Origin: Bacteroides sp.
GTDB lineage: Bacteria > Bacteroidota > Bacteroidia > G022818785
NCBI GenBank assembly: GCA_022818785.1
Contig: CP063811.1
Coordinates: forward strand, 439,729 to 466,309
DNA length: 26,581 nt
Reading direction: 5' to 3'
Positions 1 through 9,047 of this stretch are shown here, one piece after another. How positions within the stretch are numbered: position 1 is the stretch's first letter; the number at the start of each line of letters is the position of its first letter. Under the pieces are notes generated by a model, which was not told the DNA's origin, did not search any database, and saw only the letters and a list, made by a program, of their open reading frames with translations. The position numbers were made by a program, and so were the translations under genes.

Positions 1-1283
1 TTTTTCCTGGCAGCTATTAATGCAGATTCATTACATATATTTGCAATTTCAGCACCGGCAAAACCTGGTGTTTGAATTGCCATTTGTTTAGCATAATCAA
101 CATTTTTAATTAATTTTAGTGGCTTTAAATGTACTTTAAATATAGCTTCCCTTTCATTAAGGTCAGGTTTGTCAATTGATATTTGTCTATCAAATCTACC
201 AGGACGTAATAATGCATTATCTAAAATATCAGGACGATTAGTAGCAGCCATTATTATTACACTAATGTCAGTTCCAAATCCATCCATTTCAACTAGTAAT
301 TGATTTAAAGTATTTTCCCTTTCATCATTACCTCCTAAAATATGATTTTTTCCCCTTGTTCTACCTATAGCATCTATTTCATCAATAAAAATAATACAAG
401 GTGATTTTTCTTTAGCTTTTTTAAATAAGTCTCTAACTCTAGATGCTCCAACCCCAACAAACATTTCTACAAAATCAGATCCTGATATAGAAAAAAAAGG
501 CACATGTGCTTCTCCAGCAACAGCTTTTGCTAAAAGAGTTTTACCAGTGCCAGGTGATCCTATTAATAATACTCCTTTAGGTATTTTTCCACCTAAATTA
601 GTGTATTTTTTAGAATTTTTTAAAAAATCTACTATTTCCATAACTTCTTGTTTAGGTTCATTCAAACCTGCAACATCATTAAATGTTATTGTAACATTGG
701 ATTCTTTATCAAATAATGTTGCTTTTGATTTCCCTATATTAAATATATGACTACCTGGATGTCCGTTACCAGTAATTTTTCTAATAAGCAACATCCATAA
801 AATAATAAAAATACATAATGGTAAAATCCACGTAATAATTATATTGTTAAAAAAATTATTTTGCTGTTCTAAAATAGGGTCTACTATATATTCTGATGAT
901 ATATTTTTTTGCAATTCATGAACATTATAGTAAAAATTTTCATAGGAAGATATATTAAAATAGTAATGAGGCCCTTTATTTTCACCAAATGTAGAAAATT
1001 TTACAAATTCATAATCTTTTTTAGATAGAGAAGTTTGTTTAATATATATATCTACTTTATATACTTCATTGTCTTTATAAGAAATAATTTTTTCTACATC
1101 ATTACATGTTAAAATATTATAAAATTTTTTAGGTGTAATTCTAATAGGAGAATTTTTGAAATTAAATAATTGTATGATAATAATAGACATAAAAATGGCT
1201 ATATATATCCACATAAAATTAATTCTTTTAAAGATTGGTTTTATATTTTTATTATTATGTTTTTTATTGATATTTTTTTTCAT
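1..1283 (-). CDS. ftsH: ATP-dependent zinc metalloprotease FtsH (3' part runs off the window start; missing from ORF track)
   Basis: Manual translation from ATG at 1283 (MKKNINKK...): two hydrophobic TM segments, then FNDVAG, Walker [30 protein letters not shown], Walker [33 protein letters not shown]. Frame stays open to position 1. Confidence 0.97.
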   Translation of the reverse strand, partial: MKKNINKKHNNKNIKPIFKRINFMWIYIAIFMSIIIIQLFNFKNSPIRITPKKFYNILTCNDVEKIISYKDNEVYKVDIYIKQTSLSKKDYEFVKFSTFGENKGPHYYFNISSYENFYYNVHELQKNISSEYIVDPILEQQNNFFNNIIITWILPLCIFIILWMLLIRKITGNGHPGSHIFNIGKSKATLFDKESNVTITFNDVAGLNEPKQEVMEIVDFLKNSKKYTNLGGKIPKGVLLIGSPGTGKTLLAKAVAGEAHVPFFSISGSDFVEMFVGVGASRVRDLFKKAKEKSPCIIFIDEIDAIGRTRGKNHILGGNDERENTLNQLLVEMDGFGTDISVIIMAATNRPDILDNALLRPGRFDRQISIDKPDLNEREAIFKVHLKPLKLIKNVDYAKQMAIQTPGFAGAEIANICNESALIAARK

Positions 1284-1361
1284 ATTGTATGATTACATTG
1301 CATTACATGTAGATATATAATAATCTATTATATTATTATAACAAAATAATAGATTTAATAA

Positions 1362-1369
1362 CAAATTTA
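1362..1369 (-). promoter_or_regulatory. Putative Bacteroidota sigmaA -7 element (TAAATTTG) for ftsH
   Basis: Matches TAnnTTTG on the minus strand about 80 nt upstream of the ftsH ATG. Chance matches are plausible in AT-rich DNA. Confidence 0.4.
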
Positions 1370-1403
1370 TAAATTATATTTTTATTATAAACAAGACAAA
1401 GAA

Positions 1404-3005
1404 TTAATTTTTTAAAATATCATATTTTTTTATTCTTGATTTAATATATTCTTCATCTATTATTTTTGATATTATTTTTTGTTGTAAAAATGTTATTATA
1501 TTAGAACATAAATAATAATAATTTAAACCAGCAGAATAATGATTTAAAAATCCAAAAAATAAAAAAGGCATCAAATATCCTATATACTGCATATTATCAT
1601 ATGTTTTATTATTTTGATTGATTGAATAAGTATATAATATAGTAGATAGTGTCATTAATAAACACATTAAACTTATATGATCTCCTATAAAAGGTATTGT
1701 ATAATTGAAGTTTATGAAATTATCATAAGAAGATAAATCACTTACCCATAAAAAAGATTTTTGTCTTAATTCAAAAGATGAAGGAAAAAAATAAAAAAAA
1801 GATAATAAAATAGGTATTTGAATAACAATTGCTAAACATCCTCCTAACGGATTAATACCTGCAATACGATATAAATTCATATATTTTTGTTGTAATTTAT
1901 AAGGATTATCTCCAAATTTTCTTTTTAATAAATCAATTTCTGGCTTAATAATTTTCATTTTAACATTAGACATATAAGAACCATAAGTCAAAGGAAATAG
2001 TCCTATCTTAATTGCTAAAGTCATAATTAATATTATGATTCCATAGTTTAGGTTAGTTTTCTCTAGTAAATTAAAAAAAGGTATCAATAATAATAAATTA
2101 ATACTTTTTAATGGCCCCCATCCTAATTCAATGATCTTATCTAAATTTTTATCTATATTTTGCAATATAGATAATTGACAAGGGCAAAAATAAAATTTTA
2201 ACGATATATTTTTAGAACTGTTTAATTTAATATCACTTGAAACCAAAATATTTTTTAATAAATTATCGTTATTACAGTCAATTATTTTAAACTTGTTTTT
2301 ACTAAAAAATTGATTTTTTATTTCAATAATAGATGTGAAAAAATTTTGTTTAAAAGATATCCAATGTAATTGATCGTTAATAGATATATCTAAGTTAGAT
2401 TCATCCTTTGATGAAACAATATTGCTACTGTTTTTATAATAAAGCTTAGTATATAATTTTTCATTATATATATCTTTTTCTTGCCTAATTAGATTATATT
2501 GTAAATTAATATTAACATCCTCAAGATCTATGTTTATATTTTCTAAATTAATATCCAAATCTACATGGTATGAATTTTTATTTTCAATAGTATATATATA
2601 TTCTATATCAGAATCACTAATTAATTTTAAAATATAGTTATTGTCTTGAAAATAACATTCTTTAATATTAAATACTAAATTTTTTGTATTAAAATTATAT
2701 GTATCATTTTTTATATAAAAACTATTTTTATAGTTTTCTTCAAATATAATTGTAGGATTATTTTGCCAATTTTTATAGTTTTTAATTTCAGAATAGCATA
2801 TTTTACCACCTAAACTGCTAATTTTTATTTTTATATATTCGTTTTCTAAAACATAGTAACGGATATTACTATTTTTAGTATCATTACTAATAACTTCATC
2901 ATAAATAATTGGAACATGATTAATATCTTTTTCTTTCATAAAGAAAGAAAAAACAAATATTATAGTTGTAATTAATAGCAAGCCTATGTAGTTATTCTTG
3001 TTCAT
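1404..3005 (-). CDS. yidC: Membrane protein insertase YidC
   Basis: N-terminal TM, periplasmic domain (LENEYIKIKISSLGG), core motifs NYGIIILIMT...PLT, GINPLGGCL...QIP, ELRQKSFLWVSDLS, SAGLNYYY..SN. Confidence 0.95.
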   Translation of the reverse strand: MNKNNYIGLLLITTIIFVFSFFMKEKDINHVPIIYDEVISNDTKNSNIRYYVLENEYIKIKISSLGGKICYSEIKNYKNWQNNPTIIFEENYKNSFYIKNDTYNFNTKNLVFNIKECYFQDNNYILKLISDSDIEYIYTIENKNSYHVDLDINLENINIDLEDVNINLQYNLIRQEKDIYNEKLYTKLYYKNSSNIVSSKDESNLDISINDQLHWISFKQNFFTSIIEIKNQFFSKNKFKIIDCNNDNLLKNILVSSDIKLNSSKNISLKFYFCPCQLSILQNIDKNLDKIIELGWGPLKSINLLLLIPFFNLLEKTNLNYGIIILIMTLAIKIGLFPLTYGSYMSNVKMKIIKPEIDLLKRKFGDNPYKLQQKYMNLYRIAGINPLGGCLAIVIQIPILLSFFYFFPSSFELRQKSFLWVSDLSSYDNFINFNYTIPFIGDHISLMCLLMTLSTILYTYSINQNNKTYDNMQYIGYLMPFLFFGFLNHYSAGLNYYYLCSNIITFLQQKIISKIIDEEYIKSRIKKYDILKN

Positions 3006-3204
3006 AAAATATTATTGCCTGTATATTAAAAAAAGAGATACTAAATATAATCTTTTATAAACAAAAAAATAAATTAATATATAAATTATTGTTGTATCAT
3101 TTTATTGTTATATATTAGAGATATTATTTTTTATTAAATAAAATTATTAATTAATAAATTAAATTATAATACTAATTTAGTATGGTATTTTATTTAATAA
3201 ATTA

Positions 3205-3212
3205 TAATTTTG
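3205..3212 (+). promoter_or_regulatory. Putative Bacteroidota sigmaA -7 element (TAATTTTG) for the flippase gene
   Basis: TAnnTTTG match about 70 nt upstream of ATG 3281. The same octamer occurs upstream of secG and dapD. Confidence 0.45.
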
Positions 3213-3280
3213 TTACTTTTAATACAAAGCTTATTTGCTCGTAATCTTATATTAATTACACATACTTGATTTATATATTC

Positions 3281-4744
3281 ATGAATATATTCAGCCATTA
3301 TTATATAAATTCCATTATAGTATATTTTGGACTTATAATTGGTTATTTTAATACTTTATTATTTATAAATGTATTATCAATGTCAGATTATGGCATATTT
3401 CAAATATGGTTAAGCGCTATATTATTTTTTTCACAAATACCATCAATTGGTTTTAATGCTGTCATAATTCGATATCTAAATATATTTAGATATAAAAAGA
3501 AGGACAAAGGATTTATATCTTTTATCTTTATAATATTTATTATAGTCCTCATTAGTTTCATAACCTTATATATGGTTTTTAAAAATCAAATACTTATTTT
3601 TTACAAAAATAATATACTTTTTCATAATAATTATTACATTGGATTGTTAATATGTTGTTTTAATATGACATTAAACATTTCAGATGCTTGGATAAAGTCT
3701 ATCAATAAATCATATGTAGCTCTTTTTATCAAGTATTGTCTACTTAGACTTGGTACAACACTTATGTTAATATTATGTTGGAAAAATTATATAACTTTTC
3801 AATTTTTTTCACATATATATCTCATAATTGTAATTTTGGGCCTTATTATAGCTATATATACTATAATAAAAAATGATTATATATCTTTAAATAAAATCAT
3901 ATTATCTAGTAACGAGAAAATTAGTATTATTCGATATGGAATATATTATACATTGTCTGGAATTTCATATATAGTAATTAATAAACTTAGTATATCAATG
4001 CTAAATTATTATAATATATCATCTGTAATAATAGGATGTTATGCCTGCTTTGCACATCTTTCAAATATAATCAGCATATCTAATAATGTTATTAACGTTA
4101 TTTTTCATCCAATAATAGTTAAAATATGGCATCAAAATAATATAAATAAAATTAGGTCTATATATCAAAATACATCTATTTTACAAACTATAGTAGGTGC
4201 ATTATTATTCATAGAAATAATAATCAATAAAAATAACTTATTTAATTTAGTTGTTAGTAAAGAATATATAGATTACTTTACAATTTTTTATATTATAGGA
4301 ATTGCTGAATTAATGAATGTTTCATTTGGATCTATCAATGAAATAATAAGCTGTTCTATATATTATAGATTTGTAATAAGAATGAATGTATTAGTAGCAT
4401 TCTTATGTATATTTTTGTATACAATATTTATTCCTATTATAGGATATATTGGAGCAGGATTAGTACATATAACAGTTCTTTTTATTAGAAATATTATTGG
4501 CTGGTTTTTATTAAAATATAAATATAATTTGCAACCATTTACATACAATCATTTACTTGTATTAATAATATCTTTAATTTCTTTAATATTAGGTATTATA
4601 TTACCTACTATGGATAATATATTGCTTGATATTTTAATAAGAAGTACAATAACCTCTTCTTTATATATATTCTGTGTTACAAAATATATTCAATCTGACA
4701 TTATGGATTTTTTATACAAAAATATAGATTTTACTAAGAAATGA
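3281..4744 (+). CDS. Oligosaccharide flippase (Wzx/MOP superfamily) polytopic membrane protein
   Basis: About 487 aa with a dozen or more hydrophobic segments. N-terminal pattern 'NSIIVYFGLIIGYFNTL...LS..DYG...GFNAVIIRY' and 'IGCYACF', 'IGYIGAGL' are typical of Bacteroidota Wzx-like flippases. ATG 3281 preferred over TTG 3266. Confidence 0.75.
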   Translation: MNIFSHYYINSIIVYFGLIIGYFNTLLFINVLSMSDYGIFQIWLSAILFFSQIPSIGFNAVIIRYLNIFRYKKKDKGFISFIFIIFIIVLISFITLYMVFKNQILIFYKNNILFHNNYYIGLLICCFNMTLNISDAWIKSINKSYVALFIKYCLLRLGTTLMLILCWKNYITFQFFSHIYLIIVILGLIIAIYTIIKNDYISLNKIILSSNEKISIIRYGIYYTLSGISYIVINKLSISMLNYYNISSVIIGCYACFAHLSNIISISNNVINVIFHPIIVKIWHQNNINKIRSIYQNTSILQTIVGALLFIEIIINKNNLFNLVVSKEYIDYFTIFYIIGIAELMNVSFGSINEIISCSIYYRFVIRMNVLVAFLCIFLYTIFIPIIGYIGAGLVHITVLFIRNIIGWFLLKYKYNLQPFTYNHLLVLIISLISLILGIILPTMDNILLDILIRSTITSSLYIFCVTKYIQSDIMDFLYKNIDFTKK

Positions 4745-7236
4745 TATATTTTACATATAAAAAACTGTAAATTATATTTTGTACCCTTTATAGGTAAATT
4801 AATTTTTATTTCGCTATTATTTTTTTCTAATATAGATAATATCTTATAAGAATTGTCTACTATTGTTTTGGGCATTCCAGACATATAAGCAACATTAATC
4901 CCAAAGCTATGCTTAATAACACCAGGAACTAGTTTATATAAAAAAAATATATTATTTTCTATTTTTTTTACATTGACATTATAATTATGAATTCTTTTAC
5001 AAAATCTAGCTATTAATCCTAGTTCATGATAATGAGTAGCAAATAATGTTTTTGGAAAAATATTTTTGTTATTATTGTGTATATAATCAATTATTGACCA
5101 AGCAATAGATATACCATCATAAGTGCTAGTCCCCCTTCCAATTTCATCTAAAAGTATTAAACTTTTATTTGACATATTATTAATTATACTAGCTGTTTCT
5201 TGCATTTCTACCATAAAAGTTGAAGAGCCTAATGCAATATTATCACTTGCGCCTACTCTTGTAAATATTTTATCAGTTAATGATATATCAGCATATTTTG
5301 CTGGTACAAAACTACCTATATGAGCCATTAATACTATAATACCAGTTTGTCTTAAAATAGCTGATTTGCCTGACATATTTGGTCCAGTAATAACTAATAT
5401 TTGTTTATTATAATTATCAATATAAATATCATTTTCAATATATGTTTTATCTGGTGATAAATACTCTTCTATAATTGGATGTCTGCCTTTTTTAATATCA
5501 ATTATACCTTTATCATTGATATTAGGTTTAATATAATTTTTTTCTACAGCAATAATACTAAATGATAATAAAACATCTATTGTAGCAACAATTAATGCAT
5601 TTTTTTGTATTTTATTGATATTTTTTATTATTTTATTTAAAATATCATCATAAATATGGGATTCCATTATAGATATTTTATTCTCTAAATAATTAATTTT
5701 TAATTCTATATCTTTTAATTCTTTAGAAATATATCTACTTTTATATTTTAATGTTTGTTTACAAAACCATTCTGCAGGTATTTTATGATTCTTAGAGGAA
5801 TTATTAATCTCTATAAAAAAACCTATTATATTGTTTCTATCAATTTTAAGATTATCTATTTTAGATATTTTACTTTCATGTTTTTCTAATTGTAATATTT
5901 TATTTTGCAGTTCATTAATTTGATTTTTTAATAAATCTAAATGAGGATAAACGTTTATTTTAATAATTGTATTAAATGAAGATATATTATTTAATTCATT
6001 AAAGTATATATTATTTTCAATTATATTTATAATATTATCACAATTAACTATATTTTTTATTACATTTTGTAAATGTATGTTATCTATTTTTTTGCATATT
6101 TTATATATATTATCAACATATCTTAATTGATTACACAAATGCATTAGTTCTTGAATATTAACTTTTTTCAAAGAAATTTTAGCAGATAATTTTTCTAAAT
6201 CTTTGATATCAAATATATATTTTTTTAATTTTTTTCTTAAATTATCATTTTTTATGATCAATTCAACTATACTATTCCTACTTTGAATTGATTTAATATC
6301 AATGAGAGGTCTTATTAGCCATTTTTTTAACATTCTAGCACCCATTGCTGATTGGGTTTTATTTATAACATGATATAAAGTTTTAGATTCACCACTATTA
6401 GAATATAATATTTCTAAATTTTTCAATGTAAAATCATTTATATAAACATATTTACTATCATTTAAATAAAAAATATTAGAAATATGTGTTATATTATTAC
6501 AATTATTTTTATAAATATAATTCAAACATACTCCTGCTGCTATTATAGCTTCTTTTGTTTTACCTTCATTTATATCAAATCCACATAAAGATGTTGTTTT
6601 AAAATGACTTAATAATATTTTAATACAATTGTGATAATTAAATAACCAATCATCAATTTTTTCAACATAAAAATTTTTAATATGAATATCATTTATAATT
6701 TTATTAGATATACTGTTTACTAAAACTTCATTAGGATTATAAATATCTAATAAATTATGTATAGATTTTTTGCTTCCTTGATATATAAAAAATTCACCTG
6801 TTGAAATATCTATTAAAGACATACCAATAATATTATAATCTAAGGATTTAGCATATATACATGACAAATAATTGTTTTTATCATATATTAAATCATTAAA
6901 TGCAATTCCAGGTGTTATAATTTCTGTAACACCTCTTTTTATGATATTTTTCCCTTTTTGTGCATTTTCCAATTGCTCACAAATAGCAACTTTATTACCT
7001 GATTGTATTATTTTTGGTAAATAATTATTTAAAGAATGATATGGAAATCCTGCTAATGGTATAGGTCCTTTTATACCATTATTACGTTTTGTTAAAACAA
7101 TATTTAAAATATTAGAAATTTTTATTGCATCTTCATTAAAAGTTTCATAAAAATCCCCTATTCTAAATAATAGAATCATATTAGGATATTCATTTTTTAT
7201 TTTTAAATATTGTTTTATTATAGGTGTATCATTCAT
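4690..7236 (-). CDS. mutS: DNA mismatch repair protein MutS (C-terminal tail shortened)
   Basis: TPIIKQY, mismatch-binding GDFYETF, Walker A GPNMSGKS, FTRVGASD, STFMVEM, LLDEIGRGTSTYDG, FATHYHEL, SFGINVA. Confidence 0.97.
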   Translation of the reverse strand: MNDTPIIKQYLKIKNEYPNMILLFRIGDFYETFNEDAIKISNILNIVLTKRNNGIKGPIPLAGFPYHSLNNYLPKIIQSGNKVAICEQLENAQKGKNIIKRGVTEIITPGIAFNDLIYDKNNYLSCIYAKSLDYNIIGMSLIDISTGEFFIYQGSKKSIHNLLDIYNPNEVLVNSISNKIINDIHIKNFYVEKIDDWLFNYHNCIKILLSHFKTTSLCGFDINEGKTKEAIIAAGVCLNYIYKNNCNNITHISNIFYLNDSKYVYINDFTLKNLEILYSNSGESKTLYHVINKTQSAMGARMLKKWLIRPLIDIKSIQSRNSIVELIIKNDNLRKKLKKYIFDIKDLEKLSAKISLKKVNIQELMHLCNQLRYVDNIYKICKKIDNIHLQNVIKNIVNCDNIINIIENNIYFNELNNISSFNTIIKINVYPHLDLLKNQINELQNKILQLEKHESKISKIDNLKIDRNNIIGFFIEINNSSKNHKIPAEWFCKQTLKYKSRYISKELKDIELKINYLENKISIMESHIYDDILNKIIKNINKIQKNALIVATIDVLLSFSIIAVEKNYIKPNINDKGIIDIKKGRHPIIEEYLSPDKTYIENDIYIDNYNKQILVITGPNMSGKSAILRQTGIIVLMAHIGSFVPAKYADISLTDKIFTRVGASDNIALGSSTFMVEMQETASIINNMSNKSLILLDEIGRGTSTYDGISIAWSIIDYIHNNNKNIFPKTLFATHYHELGLIARFCKRIHNYNVNVKKIENNIFFLYKLVPGVIKHSFGINVAYMSGMPKTIVDNSYKILSILEKNNSEIKINLPIKGTKYNLQFFICKIYHFLVKSIFLYKKSIMSD

Positions 7237-7248
7237 AGTTATATTCTT

Positions 7249-7935
7249 TTAAAAGAAATAGCTTGTATTTAGATTACGATTACATAATAATTTATAAAAA
7301 TTATACAGTAATTTTTTTTTAAAATTATCAATATTTATATTACGTTTTATTTCACTGCTTATAGAAGTCATTTTAATATTGTTAATACCACATGCAATTA
7401 TATTATCGAAATATTTGTTGTCATTATTAATATTAATTGAAAAACCATGCATTGTTATCCACCTTCTACAATAAATACCTATAGAACATATTTTTTTATT
7501 ATTTATAGTCCATACTCCAGTAAAATTATTAATTATTTTACAAGAAATATTATATTCTTGAAGAGTTAATATTACACTTTTTTCAATTATTCTAATATAT
7601 TGATGTAAATTTATTTGAAATAGTTCTAAATCTAATATTAAATAGCAAACTAATTGTCCTGGTCCATGATATGTAATATCTCCTCCTCTTTTAAGATTAT
7701 ATATTTTAATATTTTCATCATTTAATTGTTTTAAATCAACTAATAAATTAGAAATATTCCCATTACTGCCTAATGTATAAACATGATTATGCTCACAAAA
7801 AATTATATAATTTTCTAGCGTATACCTATGATATAATTTTTTATAATATAATTTCTTATTAAAAATATTTTCTTGTCTTTTTAAAGATATTAAATATTCA
7901 ATATATCTCCAATCTTGCAATATGATATTATACAT
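7249..7935 (-). CDS. lipB: Lipoyl(octanoyl) transferase LipB
   Basis: EHNHVYTLG, RGGDITYHGPGQLVCY, KKICSIGI, TMHGFSIN, IIACGI (catalytic Lys and Cys present). Confidence 0.96.
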   Translation of the reverse strand: MYNIILQDWRYIEYLISLKRQENIFNKKLYYKKLYHRYTLENYIIFCEHNHVYTLGSNGNISNLLVDLKQLNDENIKIYNLKRGGDITYHGPGQLVCYLILDLELFQINLHQYIRIIEKSVILTLQEYNISCKIINNFTGVWTINNKKICSIGIYCRRWITMHGFSININNDNKYFDNIIACGINNIKMTSISSEIKRNINIDNFKKKLLYNFYKLLCNRNLNTSYFF

Positions 7936-7986
7936 TACTTTAAATTATTAAAATTAATATTATATTTATTTATAATTTATATTAAA

Positions 7987-8457
7987 ATGACATTATCGAT
8001 TATAGCAGCTATTAGTATAAATAATACTATTGGATTCAAAAATACTATTGTATGGAATATAAAACAAGATAGAATTTTCTTTAAAAATATTACTAAAAAT
8101 GGAGTAGTTGTGATGGGTCGATTAACCTATGAATCATTATTAACAAAACCTCTAATCAACAGAGTCAATATAATTTTAAGTAGAAATAAGCACTTTTTAG
8201 CCAAAAATTGTTTAATTTTCACTAATATAAAAGATATGTTAGACTTTATAAAAAAATATGATAAAATATTTATTATAGGAGGATCTCAAATTTATTATCA
8301 AACTATTGATATAGTCGATAAATTATATATTACATTTATTAAAAAAAATTATATAGGAGATACTTTTTTCCCTAAAATAAAAGAAAAAAAATGGAAATTA
8401 GTCAGTGAATATATTTTTAATTCTGAATATTCATTTAGAGAATATATAAAAAAATAA
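7987..8457 (+). CDS. folA: Dihydrofolate reductase
   Basis: From ATG 7987: SIIAA..NNTIG, W....D, VVMGRLTYES, PLINRVNIILSR, IIGGSQIY, GDTFFP. The track's TTG start at 7915 overlaps lipB and is unlikely. Confidence 0.95.
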   Translation: MTLSIIAAISINNTIGFKNTIVWNIKQDRIFFKNITKNGVVVMGRLTYESLLTKPLINRVNIILSRNKHFLAKNCLIFTNIKDMLDFIKKYDKIFIIGGSQIYYQTIDIVDKLYITFIKKNYIGDTFFPKIKEKKWKLVSEYIFNSEYSFREYIKK

Positions 8458-8464
8458 ATATATT

Positions 8465-8917
8465 ATGAATTTTATGAGAAAAAAACTGTTAATAGGCGAT
8501 AAAATCATATTAAAAAATAATATTGAAGGATTTATAATATCTTTAAATAAGAAAAATATTATAGTACAATATAATAATGTAAAAATTATAGTTAAATATA
8601 ATGCAATTATTAATTGCTATCCTAGTAATTACAAACAATTAAAGCATTATTCAACTAAAGCAATATTTTTTAATAAAAATTACAAAAATTACATAGATTT
8701 ACACCAATGTTTAGGAAAAGAAGATGCTATAAATAAAATTTTAAATTATATAGATATGGCAGTAGTTAATGATATTAAACATATAAGTATTATACATGGA
8801 ATAGGAAATGGTACAATGCAAAGTATTGTTCATAAATATCTTAAAAAATCAAAATTTATTAAAAAATTTAAAATAAACCCTATAAATGGAGGTATAACAA
8901 ATGCAATCCTGTTTTAG
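8465..8917 (+). CDS. Small Smr-domain protein with N-terminal KOW-like domain (resembles the MutS2 C-terminus without the ATPase)
   Basis: N-terminal 'LLIGDKIILKNNIEGFIISL...IIV' KOW/SH3-like pattern. C-terminal Smr motifs IDLH, 'EDAINKILNYID.A', IIHGIGNG, GGIT. Confidence 0.85.
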   Translation: MNFMRKKLLIGDKIILKNNIEGFIISLNKKNIIVQYNNVKIIVKYNAIINCYPSNYKQLKHYSTKAIFFNKNYKNYIDLHQCLGKEDAINKILNYIDMAVVNDIKHISIIHGIGNGTMQSIVHKYLKKSKFIKKFKINPINGGITNAILF

Positions 8918-9016
8918 GATAGTATTAACAAAATCACTCTGCTCAACCGAATATCTTTGCTTCTTTCCAGACCTGGAGAATATTAACAGGAGCTAGATGA
9001 AAAATTAAAACTATCC
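8917..9016 (-). ncRNA. ffs: Signal recognition particle 4.5S RNA (small bacterial SRP RNA)
   Basis: Minus strand reads GGAUAGUUUUAA...CAGG-UCU-GGAA-AGA-AGCA...UUAAUACUAUCC. It has the helix-8 GGAA tetraloop with the conserved CAGG/AGCA symmetric loop (8958-8975), complementary ends, a length of 100 nt and locally raised GC. Confidence 0.92.
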
Positions 9017-9047
9017 ATAGTCTTAAGATAATAATAATATATTATAA

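Noticed and set aside
3006-3280. Longest, extremely AT-rich spacer as a possible replication origin or hidden RNA gene
   Set aside because: No DnaA boxes, no GC-containing stems and no ORF. It is adequately explained as a divergent promoter region. GC skew cannot be assessed from this window.
7455-7463. TTATCCACC, an 8/9 match to a DnaA box
   Set aside because: Single copy inside lipB, encoding the conserved RWIT motif on the other strand.
7915-7986. N-terminal extensions from upstream TTG starts (folA 7915; likewise groES 10233 and flippase 3266)
   Set aside because: Homology begins at downstream ATGs (7987, 10260, 3281), and the folA extension would overlap the lipB start.
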